Source: an uncultured Ignavibacteria bacterium
Lineage (GTDB): Bacteria > Bacteroidota > Ignavibacteria > Kapaibacteriales > Kapaibacteriaceae
Direction: 5' to 3'
DNA: 64,000 nt
NCBI GenBank assembly: GCA_903939735.1
Contig: CAJAIA010000028.1
Coordinates: forward strand, 48,978 to 112,977
A model generated the notes under the pieces. It made no database searches. It had not been told where the DNA came from and was given only the letters and a program-made list of their open reading frames with translations. Position 1 is the stretch's first letter. Each line of letters begins with the position of its first letter. Both the position numbers and the translations under genes were made by a program. This document shows positions 56,143-64,000 of the stretch, one piece after another.

Positions 56143-57222
56143 TTATTGATCGTAGTCAGCCAGAACACCATCCGATGTTGGATGCGCCTGACACGTGAGT
56201 ACATAACCATCTGCAATCTCATCGTCCGACAACGCTTCGCGCTCGTCCATGATTGCTGTACCGGTGACAAGCTTTGCTCGGCATGTACAACATGCACCGA
56301 TTTGGCAGGCATACGGCGGATCGATGTTCGCTCGCTGAGCAGCAGAGAGAATCGTCTCATCCGGCTCAACGTCAAACTCATGCTCTTGTCCGTACAACCG
56401 TATGCGTACGCGACGTGTAACCAACTCGTTCGATGATTCGGTCGTTGCTTGTTCAGAACTCATAGATGTCGTTGACAACGTGAAATATTCGCGATGAATG
56501 CGATTGTCCGCAAGCCCCATTGCACGGAGCTCTGCGATCGCCGTATCCATCATTGGTTCGGGACCGCACACGAACGCGTCGACCGCGTCGAATGATGGAA
56601 CCCAGGCTGGAATTAACTCCGAAAATACAGAAGAGCTCAACTGTCCGTGCACAAAGCTTCGGTCGCTGGATGGCAACTCCTCAAGGACATGCACAACACG
56701 GCACCGCTCCGGATTTCCGTCGACCAGCTCCTGGATGGCTTTGTCGAAAATGATGGCCGCTTCGTTGCGATTTGCGTACATGAGTGTGATCACACTCTTC
56801 GGTTCGACGCGGAGCACGCTCTTCATGATTGAGAGTATTGGCGTTATACCGCTACCTCCAGCAATCATCAAATAGTGGCGCGCGTGATCTGGTTGGAGGT
56901 CCTTGGTGAAGTTCCCCATTGGAGGGTACACTTCGAGTTTCTGACCCGGCTGGACATGATCTTTGAGCCATGCAGATACAACTCCGGTACTCACCTTCTT
57001 GACGGCAATAGTAAGGGGCTCATCAAGATCGGGACTCGAGCATAGGGAATAGTTGCGACGATGACTCACCCCATCGATGTCGATCTTGATCGTCACGTAC
57101 TGTCCGGCCTTATACCGAAAGATCGGCGCAAGCTGTTCAGGAACAGCAAGCGAGATCGCGACGGTGTCCGACGTATCGTGCACGACGTTGTCAATTGTGA
57201 GCGTATGGAATTGAACGGACAT
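56143..57222 (-). CDS. FNR-family oxidoreductase with C-terminal plant-type 2Fe-2S ferredoxin domain (PaaE-like)
   Basis: Start MSVQFHTL with a GGAG RBS; RNYSLCS FAD motif; NAD-binding GGSGITP; C-terminal CQIGACCTCR...C. Confidence 0.8.
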   Translation of the reverse strand: MSVQFHTLTIDNVVHDTSDTVAISLAVPEQLAPIFRYKAGQYVTIKIDIDGVSHRRNYSLCSSPDLDEPLTIAVKKVSTGVVSAWLKDHVQPGQKLEVYPPMGNFTKDLQPDHARHYLMIAGGSGITPILSIMKSVLRVEPKSVITLMYANRNEAAIIFDKAIQELVDGNPERCRVVHVLEELPSSDRSFVHGQLSSSVFSELIPAWVPSFDAVDAFVCGPEPMMDTAIAELRAMGLADNRIHREYFTLSTTSMSSEQATTESSNELVTRRVRIRLYGQEHEFDVEPDETILSAAQRANIDPPYACQIGACCTCRAKLVTGTAIMDEREALSDDEIADGYVLTCQAHPTSDGVLADYDQ

Positions 57223-57227
57223 AGGAG

Positions 57228-57545
57228 TTAGAACATGCCAATGGAAAAGAGTGCAGCTTCTGTCATCATTGATCGGTCCCACGGCGGATCGAAGGTTATA
57301 CGAACCTCAGCGTTCGTCACACCGTCCACGGCCGCTACGGTTTGTTTGACTTCGTTTGGCAACGACTGTGCCGACGGACAATTCGGCGTTGTGAGCGTCA
57401 TGACGACCTCCACAGAATTGCCCTCATGCACAATCACTTCGTAGATCAGTCCGAGCTCGTAAATGTCGATCGGGATCTCTGGATCGTAAATCGTATGTAT
57501 CGCTTCGATCACACGATCGCGGAGCGGTGGGAGCGTTTCACTCAT
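57228..57545 (-). CDS. DUF59/MIP18-family Fe-S assembly protein (SufT-like)
   Basis: 105 aa; IYDPEIPIDIYELGLIY...TTPNCP is a typical DUF59 sequence. Confidence 0.8.
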   Translation of the reverse strand: MSETLPPLRDRVIEAIHTIYDPEIPIDIYELGLIYEVIVHEGNSVEVVMTLTTPNCPSAQSLPNEVKQTVAAVDGVTNAEVRITFDPPWDRSMMTEAALFSIGMF

Positions 57546-57970
57546 GTTGTTGCCTTCCTCATGCTATAGGCCAGCGCGTAAAGACGAAGCTGCTTGACCA
57601 TGCTTGCAAGTCCATTCGAACGATTCTGCGAAAGGTGCTGATCAAGGCCGAGCTCCGTGCGGAGGTCATCACTTGATGCAACGATTTCCTGTGGCGTACG
57701 GTCATTGTAGACCGATAGGACGAGTGCCACCAGACCTTTGACAATCACAGCATCACTATCGGCCTCGAAATGCACAATCCCGTTGTCGAACGTTGGATAC
57801 AGCCACACCCGCGATTGGCACCCCTTGACCAAAAAGGTCTCGTTGCGCTGTTCCTCTGGATACGCCACCAGCTTCTTCCCCATCGCAATAATGTGACCAT
57901 ACCGATCCTCCCAATCAGGGAAGGCCTCGAGTTGCTGTCGCAGTGCCGCTATGGTTTCTGTAATTGTCAT
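57542..57970 (-). CDS. sufE: cysteine desulfuration protein SufE
   Basis: 142 aa; VKGCQSRVWL active-site Cys context. Confidence 0.85.
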   Translation of the reverse strand: MTITETIAALRQQLEAFPDWEDRYGHIIAMGKKLVAYPEEQRNETFLVKGCQSRVWLYPTFDNGIVHFEADSDAVIVKGLVALVLSVYNDRTPQEIVASSDDLRTELGLDQHLSQNRSNGLASMVKQLRLYALAYSMRKATT

Positions 57971-59227
57971 TTAGGTCGTTAGGATTCGTAGGGCTTTGGC
58001 AAGTGCGGTCTCAAACACCTGCAGATCAGACTCCGATGTATAGGCTGCAACAGAGACGCGTGCAGCTGAGTTCACCCCAAGACGTCGGAGCAATGGCATT
58101 GTGCAGTGATGTCCGGTGCGGATTGCCACACCTTGCTCGTCGAGCAATACGCCGAGATCCTGCGCATGGACACCGTCAACAACGAACGATACAATCCCTG
58201 TGCGTCGAGCATGCTCTCCACCAAGAAGACGCGCAGCTGGATGGCTCACGATGGCAGCTTCAATACGGCGCGTGCACGCAAGTTCATGTGCAAGCACAGA
58301 CACCCGATCGTACTGCTGCACCCACGCAATGGCGGCTGCTAATCCAATCGCACCCTCCATATTCGGTGTTCCCGCCTCGAAACGAAGAGGTGCGTCTTGA
58401 TAGGTGCTTCCTTCCCAACGCACGTCCTCGATCATCGCACCGCCTCCCTGATACGGGGGGAGATCGGCCAAGACTTCAGCACGACCAGCAACAACACCAA
58501 TCCCCGTCGGACCGTACAGCTTGTGTCCGGACCAGACGAAGAAGTCACAGCCGAGGTCGCGCATATCGATGGCATGGTGCACCACCGACTGCGCACCGTC
58601 AACAAGTGAGAGTGCTCCAACCGCACGCGCCATTGCACAGAGCTCCTTCACGGGCTGCTCTGTGCCAAGCGTATTCGATACGTGAACGACCGAAACGATG
58701 ACCGTCGAATCATCAATCAATGACTGTGCATGCTCGAGCGATATCACACCTGCTTCATCAACGGGAATCACACGGAGTGATGCGCCTGATTGCTCGCATA
58801 GCATCTGCCATGGAACAATGTTCGCATGGTGCTCAAGCTCAGATATGACAATCGACTTGCCACGTAACGTAGATCCGAGCTTCTTACCAAGCGACGCTGC
58901 AATGAGATTGATACCATCGGTTGTTCCACGCGTGAAGATCACCTCGGAGACGTCGCACCCCATGAACCCCGCGACCCGTGCGCGCGCATGTTCATATTGC
59001 TCCGTTGCCTCAGTCCCAAGCACGTGTCCACCACGGTGCACGTTTGCGTTGGATGTGCGATAGTAGTCCGTTATCGTCGTCAGTACCGCCTCTGGCTTTT
59101 GCGCAGTTGCAGCACTATCGAGGTAAACAAGTGGTCGACCACCATGCACCGTACGGTCAAGAATCCGAAACTGCGAACGTAGTTCGTGATGATTCTCAGC
59201 GTTCAAGATGGTCGCAGCGTCGATCAC
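57971..59227 (-). CDS. sufS: cysteine desulfurase SufS
   Basis: PLP-fold class V; SGHK Lys site; RTGHHCTMP matches the SufS RxGHHCA motif. Confidence 0.9.
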   Translation of the reverse strand: MIDAATILNAENHHELRSQFRILDRTVHGGRPLVYLDSAATAQKPEAVLTTITDYYRTSNANVHRGGHVLGTEATEQYEHARARVAGFMGCDVSEVIFTRGTTDGINLIAASLGKKLGSTLRGKSIVISELEHHANIVPWQMLCEQSGASLRVIPVDEAGVISLEHAQSLIDDSTVIVSVVHVSNTLGTEQPVKELCAMARAVGALSLVDGAQSVVHHAIDMRDLGCDFFVWSGHKLYGPTGIGVVAGRAEVLADLPPYQGGGAMIEDVRWEGSTYQDAPLRFEAGTPNMEGAIGLAAAIAWVQQYDRVSVLAHELACTRRIEAAIVSHPAARLLGGEHARRTGIVSFVVDGVHAQDLGVLLDEQGVAIRTGHHCTMPLLRRLGVNSAARVSVAAYTSESDLQVFETALAKALRILTT

Positions 59228-60567
59228 TCAGCAAATGGCTCCGCACCCAGCTTCTCAGCAATGCGTTCTTCGAGATGTTGACGAAGCGATGGAAGTTCGA
59301 TACGCTCGATAACTTCGGCTACGAAAGCGTACGTCATGAGTGCACGTGCCTTTGCTGCATCTATTCCGCGTGACTGGAGATAGAACACGGCGTCCTCATC
59401 GAGCTGACCTGTTGTGGCACCGTGTGAACACTTCACATCGTCTGCCCAGATTTCAAGCTGCGGCTTCGAGTTCATCTGCGCGCGTTCGCTCAAAAGGATT
59501 GCATGACTTGATTGATAGGCCGTTGTCTTCTGCGCCTGTGGGCGCACATAGATCTTTCCGTTGAACACACCTACCGATGAACCATCGTAGATCCCCTTGT
59601 AGAGCTCTTCGCTATGGCAATGGGGCACGCAGTGATCAACAGTGGTATGATTGTCAGCATACTCGTGCCCTTGCAACACGGATGTGCCGAACAAGAAGCC
59701 CTGACTTGATGGTTCGCATAAGCGCACGGCCGCGTCATTACGGACGAATGCTCCGCCGAGAGAGGCCGTGTGAGCCGTAAAGGATCCGTCACGTGCGACA
59801 TCAGCACTCGTGCTTCCAATGTGCCTCATCGACTCACCGTCATCAATCACTTTGTGGTAGCGAACGTGAGCATTGGCAGCAACCGACACCTCAGCAACGG
59901 TGACGTCCAGCGCCGTCATGTCACCAATCGTATGGTGCGATTCAACCACATCGAAGCTCGACCCCTGCTCTGCAACAACGACGATGCGCGGCGTTGAAAG
60001 TCGATGGGATGTACGCGTATCAGCAATACAGGCAATATGAATTGGTCGCTCGAGGCGAACGTTCGCATCGACATGGATCACAACACCCTGATCCGCCAAC
60101 GCCAGATTCATGGCGACAAACGGATGGGACTGTGCTGGCGCGTTTGAACCAACGACGCCTGCAATGCGAGCATCAGCTGCTATGGTAGCATCGGTAAGCG
60201 GCAGAATGCGAAGTCCAGGCACATGCTCTGGTATTGAAGAATGCGCTCGATCGATACGCCCGTTAATCAGGACAATACGCCAGCCACTTTCAAGTGCATC
60301 TGCGATTGGACCAATCGTGCGTGCACATTCTGCGTCAGTGATGAAGCACGTTGTGCACAGCGTCATCGCATACTCGATGCCGATGAAGGGAAGCACATTG
60401 GTGTACTTCCACTCTTCGTGTCGCGTCGTTGGCACCCCTTGTTCGAGGAATGCATCGAGAGCAGCGGTACGCTGCTGATGAAGCGGATGGTCGGCATGAC
60501 CATTGATACTACGCGCGAGTTCTTGATGTGCTGTTCGCACATTCTCGCGCAGGATCTCAATTGGCAT
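59224..60567 (-). CDS. sufD: Fe-S cluster assembly protein SufD
   Basis: 447 aa; position in the sufBCD order; beta-helix core similar to SufB. Confidence 0.85.
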   Translation of the reverse strand: MPIEILRENVRTAHQELARSINGHADHPLHQQRTAALDAFLEQGVPTTRHEEWKYTNVLPFIGIEYAMTLCTTCFITDAECARTIGPIADALESGWRIVLINGRIDRAHSSIPEHVPGLRILPLTDATIAADARIAGVVGSNAPAQSHPFVAMNLALADQGVVIHVDANVRLERPIHIACIADTRTSHRLSTPRIVVVAEQGSSFDVVESHHTIGDMTALDVTVAEVSVAANAHVRYHKVIDDGESMRHIGSTSADVARDGSFTAHTASLGGAFVRNDAAVRLCEPSSQGFLFGTSVLQGHEYADNHTTVDHCVPHCHSEELYKGIYDGSSVGVFNGKIYVRPQAQKTTAYQSSHAILLSERAQMNSKPQLEIWADDVKCSHGATTGQLDEDAVFYLQSRGIDAAKARALMTYAFVAEVIERIELPSLRQHLEERIAEKLGAEPFAE

Positions 60568-61335
60568 TTATGCCTCCACCGATGCTTCGTTCTTGATCCA
60601 GTCGTATCCGCGCTTCTCGAGTTCAAGAGCGAGCGACGCATCACCGGAGCGAACGATTCGTCCGTTCCAGAGAACGTGTACAACATCAGGTACGATGTAA
60701 TCCAGCAGACGCTGATAGTGTGTGATCACAACAGTCGCGTTGTTGGATGAACGCAATGCATTGACACCACCGGCAACGATGCGCAGAGCATCGATATCGA
60801 GTCCGGAGTCTGTCTCATCGAGCACCGACAATGTTGGCTCTAGCATCGCCATCTGGAAGATCTCGTTACGCTTCTTCTCACCACCAGAGAATCCCTGGTT
60901 GAGCGATCGATTGAGAAACGATGAATCCATTTCGACGAGCTTCATCTTCTCGCGCATCAGCGCAAGGAACTGTGCTGGTTCAAGCGGATCGAGACCGCGA
61001 TGCTTGCGCAGTTCACTTACAGCTGTCTTCAAGAAGTTCGCTGTTGATACACCTGGGATCTCGATCGGATACTGGAATGCGAGGAACATGCCTTCACGCG
61101 CACGTTCTTCCGGTGACATGTCCAGTAGATCCTTTCCCATGAAGGTGACCGACCCACCTGAAACGGCATAGTCCTCACGTCCAGCAAGAACTGATGCAAG
61201 TGTCGACTTGCCAGATCCGTTTGGACCCATGATGGCGTGTACTTCGCCGGGGTTGACGACAAGGTCGATCCCCTTGAGGATCTCGCGGTCTTCGATACCG
61301 GCCGTGAGTTGTTGAATGCTGAGGATTGGTGTCAT
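60568..61335 (-). CDS. sufC: Fe-S cluster assembly ATPase SufC
   Basis: Walker [10 protein letters not shown]; signature FSGGEKKR; 255 aa. Confidence 0.95.
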   Translation of the reverse strand: MTPILSIQQLTAGIEDREILKGIDLVVNPGEVHAIMGPNGSGKSTLASVLAGREDYAVSGGSVTFMGKDLLDMSPEERAREGMFLAFQYPIEIPGVSTANFLKTAVSELRKHRGLDPLEPAQFLALMREKMKLVEMDSSFLNRSLNQGFSGGEKKRNEIFQMAMLEPTLSVLDETDSGLDIDALRIVAGGVNALRSSNNATVVITHYQRLLDYIVPDVVHVLWNGRIVRSGDASLALELEKRGYDWIKNEASVEA

Positions 61336-62777
61336 CCGACGCTACCTTCGAGAGAAATTGCAAGGAGTTTTTGCGCTTCCACGGCGAATTCCATGGGAAG
61401 CTGATTGAGGACTTCACGAGCGTAGCCGTTCACGATCAGCGCCACCGCTGCCTCGGTATCAATGCCACGTTGATTGCAGTAGAAGAGGATGTCCTCGCCG
61501 ATCTTCGATGTTGTGGCTTCATGCTCTACCGTCGCCGAAGCATTGGCGATCTCGAGATACGGGAACGTATGCGCTCCACACGCATCACCGATCAAGAGTG
61601 AATCGCACTGTGAAAAGTTGCGAGCCCCTTCAGAGACTTTCAACACTTTCACGAGACCACGATAACTGTTCTGTGACGTACCCGCTGAGATGCCCTTCGA
61701 AACGATACGACTCCGCGTGTGTTTACCGACGTGCAGCATCTTGGTGCCGGTATCGGCCTGCTGCATGTTGTTTGTGACCGCGACCGAGTAAAACTCACCG
61801 ATGGAATAATCACCCTTGAGAACAACGCTCGGATACTTCCATGTGATCGCCGATCCCGTCTCGACTTGTGTCCACGAGATCTTGCTGTGTGCACCTTCGC
61901 AGATACCGCGCTTGGTAACAAAGTTGTAGATGCCACCATTCCCTTGCTTGTCGCCCGGGAACCAGTTCTGCACGGTAGAGTACTTGATTTCAGCACGTGT
62001 GTGCGCAACCAGTTCGACAACTGCCGCGTGCAGCTGATTCTCATCGCGCTGCGGTGCGGTACATCCTTCGAGGTAGCTCACATAGCTACCTTCATCGGCG
62101 ATGATCAACGTACGCTCAAACTGTCCGGTATTACGCGCGTTAATGCGGAAATACGTGCTGAGCTCGATCGGACAGCGGACACCCTTGGGGATGTAGACGA
62201 ACGAGCCGTCACTGAACACGGCAGAGTTCAATGCAGAATAGAAGTTGTCGCTCGGAGGAACCACAGTTCCGATGTACTGGCGCACGAGCTCTGGATGATC
62301 GCGCAGGGCTTCGCTGATCGGACAGAAGATGATGCCAAGCTCCTTGAGCTTGTCTTGAAATGTGGTCTTTACACTCACACTATCAAGCACAACATCAACA
62401 GCAACACCCGCAAGCATCTTCTGCTCTTCAAGCGGGATACCAAGCTTTGCGAACGTTGCGAGCAACTCAGGGTCGACTTCATCGAGCGAAGCTAGACCTT
62501 CCTTTTTCTTCGGAGCTGCCCAGTAAATGATGTCCTGAAAGTCGATCTTCGGATAGGAGACATTCGGCCACGTCGGTTCCTTCATCGATTGCCAATGACG
62601 GAACGCTTTGAGACGCCACTCAAGCATCCACTCCGGTTCTTCCTTCTTCGCAGAAATAAACCTCACGACGTCCTCACTGAGGCCCTTCGGGAGTAACTCC
62701 TGCTCGATATCAGTCGTGAAGCCGTACTTGTACTCGCTTCCTACGACGTCGTCAAGAATTGATTGTTCTGAATTCAT
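61332..62777 (-). CDS. sufB: Fe-S cluster assembly protein SufB
   Basis: 481 aa; highly conserved SufB blocks (YSTVQNW; [11 protein letters not shown]). Confidence 0.95.
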   Translation of the reverse strand: MNSEQSILDDVVGSEYKYGFTTDIEQELLPKGLSEDVVRFISAKKEEPEWMLEWRLKAFRHWQSMKEPTWPNVSYPKIDFQDIIYWAAPKKKEGLASLDEVDPELLATFAKLGIPLEEQKMLAGVAVDVVLDSVSVKTTFQDKLKELGIIFCPISEALRDHPELVRQYIGTVVPPSDNFYSALNSAVFSDGSFVYIPKGVRCPIELSTYFRINARNTGQFERTLIIADEGSYVSYLEGCTAPQRDENQLHAAVVELVAHTRAEIKYSTVQNWFPGDKQGNGGIYNFVTKRGICEGAHSKISWTQVETGSAITWKYPSVVLKGDYSIGEFYSVAVTNNMQQADTGTKMLHVGKHTRSRIVSKGISAGTSQNSYRGLVKVLKVSEGARNFSQCDSLLIGDACGAHTFPYLEIANASATVEHEATTSKIGEDILFYCNQRGIDTEAAVALIVNGYAREVLNQLPMEFAVEAQKLLAISLEGSVG

Positions 62778-62849
62778 GGCGCAAATATACGACTGATTTA
62801 GTCCTGATTTGTCGAGACTCTTCGTTTACTAGCGCCCACGCAACGACAA

Positions 62850-62887
62850 ACGCCGTTGCCGGGTTCCCGTGGGAACTCGACAACGGC
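62850..62887. terminator. nested palindromic hairpin between the secreted-protein gene end and the sufB start
   Basis: CGCCGTTG-ccgg-GTTCCC-gt-GGGAAC-tcga-CAACGGCG, i.e. outer 8-bp arms enclosing an inner 6-bp palindrome. Confidence 0.45.
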
Positions 62888-62931
62888 GCTCATTGGATAG
62901 GTGTTCCTATCGTAATTGCATTAGGGGGCTA

Positions 62932-64000
62932 TCAGCGTCCAACCGTAAATCGTACGTGGCCGAGGCGCTCGCCAGCGCGAACGCGTGCGATGTACACACC
63001 ATTCGACAGCAGGTCTGTCGGGATGCGCACGCGACGAACTCCATCGATCGCGCCCAGTTGCACAGTAGACACGAGTTGACCTTGCATGTCGACAACTGTG
63101 ACGTCATACGAAGCGGCATCGCCGATTAGCTCAAGACTCACATGCTCAGATGCCGGTGTCGGTCCGATAAGGCGCATCCATGCGACATCCGAAGCATTAT
63201 CGTTTTCGACGCTCGTTGTTGGAGTAACAACCACCGTTACTGATTCTGATGTAACGGATCCACAACCGCCTTCAACGCTGCAGCTGTATGAACCTCCATC
63301 AGCGAGTGCTGCAGCTTGCACAGCGTACTCCGCTTGTGTAGCGCCAGTGATTGGTGTTCCATCCTTCTTCCATTGATACTTCAAGTCTGATCCAGATGCA
63401 GCTACGCGCAGTGTGAACGACTTCGACTGCTCAACGGTAAGTCCACTCGGTTGTGTTGTAATTGCTGTGGCCGTTCCGATGCCTACAGTGATCGCTTGCG
63501 ATACGACGCTCGGCGTACATGCGCCACTCACCGTACATGCGTACTGTCCGACCGACGACTGATCTACCGCCGGAATCGTAAACGAAGCAGATGTTGCACC
63601 AGGGATATCAACCGACCCCTTGCGCCACTGATACTTGAGGGTAGCCCCTTCTGCTTCAACGCTCAACGTGACAGGCTTGCCAACACACGCACTAGCACTT
63701 GTTGGCTGCTTTGTGATCGCTGGTGGATTGGAGATTGTAAGGGGCGTGAGAAGCTTGCTGACGTGACCGCGGTAGGAGCTCACACGCACAACATAACGTC
63801 CTGTTGGCAACGCTGTGACCTTCCACTGAAGATTCCGTCCGACGACACGCTGCTTGAGGTCTGTCCAGTTCTCTGTGCCTTCTGGCGCAATCTGAACATA
63901 GAAGTTTGTCGAATCTGCGAAGCCAAGTGATGACCACGAAATTGTGCGGTTTGAACCGACGCACCATGTATCACCACCAGAAGGCGATGTGAGCTCGAGC
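62932..64000 (-). CDS. secreted multi-Ig-like-repeat protein with T9SS C-terminal sorting domain (N-terminus beyond window end)
   Basis: The track ORF (TTG) continues without a stop to position 64000 in my translation (...LTSPSGGDTWCVGSNRTISWSS...); three I-set-like repeats (ITKQP...LKYQWRKGSVDIPGAT...YACTV); C-terminus ...VSLELIGDAASYDVTVVDMQGQLV...NGVYIARVRAGERLGHVRFTVGR. Confidence 0.65.
   Translation of the reverse strand, partial: LELTSPSGGDTWCVGSNRTISWSSLGFADSTNFYVQIAPEGTENWTDLKQRVVGRNLQWKVTALPTGRYVVRVSSYRGHVSKLLTPLTISNPPAITKQPTSASACVGKPVTLSVEAEGATLKYQWRKGSVDIPGATSASFTIPAVDQSSVGQYACTVSGACTPSVVSQAITVGIGTATAITTQPSGLTVEQSKSFTLRVAASGSDLKYQWKKDGTPITGATQAEYAVQAAALADGGSYSCSVEGGCGSVTSESVTVVVTPTTSVENDNASDVAWMRLIGPTPASEHVSLELIGDAASYDVTVVDMQGQLVSTVQLGAIDGVRRVRIPTDLLSNGVYIARVRAGERLGHVRFTVGR

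Noticed and set aside
1-64000. CRISPR arrays, tRNA/rRNA genes, IS elements
   Set aside because: No arrays of regularly spaced direct repeats seen. Intergenic regions are all under 250 bp and none has tRNA-like cloverleaf potential. No transposase- or integrase-like ORFs.

Overview
High-GC chromosomal segment, most likely from an FCB-superphylum bacterium (Bacteroidota / Rhodothermota / Ignavibacteriota-like). The assignment rests on several T9SS-type C-terminal sorting domains, a DUF1573 protein, PorP/SprF-like beta-barrels and Bacteroidota-type TAnnTTTG -7 boxes. Coding density is high on both strands. Housekeeping content: rpsF-rplI (with no rpsR), an S1-repeat RNA-binding protein, rlmD, corA, an AmiC-like amidase, an MsbA-like ABC exporter, an M50 protease, lysS, a tandem TetR, rlmB, kynU, panD, a GlmU-N-like nucleotidyltransferase, methylmalonyl-CoA epimerase, gpmA, nuoM-nuoN detached from the other nuo genes, pth, a GAF-PP2C phosphatase, a Lon-N-domain protein, Fe/Mn SOD, and a full suf cluster (sufBCDSE + DUF59 + FNR-like reductase + Rrf2 + IscA). 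Accessory or unusual content: (i) a 9-gene, tightly translationally coupled operon (40534-52014, minus strand) made up entirely of signal-peptide proteins. It includes a YadA-head-like repeat protein, three small paralogues, a T9SS-CTD protein and a terminal beta-barrel. (ii) A second cargo + beta-barrel module (34371-37423). (iii) A divergent locus with a Fur-box-like site, a Cys-rich small secreted protein, a TonB-dependent receptor, a DUF1271 Fe-S protein, an HExxH protein and an orphan ABC ATPase. (iv) A secreted TldD/TldE-like pair. (v) An S8 protease with T9SS CTD. No rRNA, tRNA, CRISPR or obvious mobile elements were found. Coordinates of non-CDS features are read from the line labels and may be off by 1-2 nt; my line-label reading disagreed with the supplied ORF track by 1 nt around 28.3-29.0 kb.
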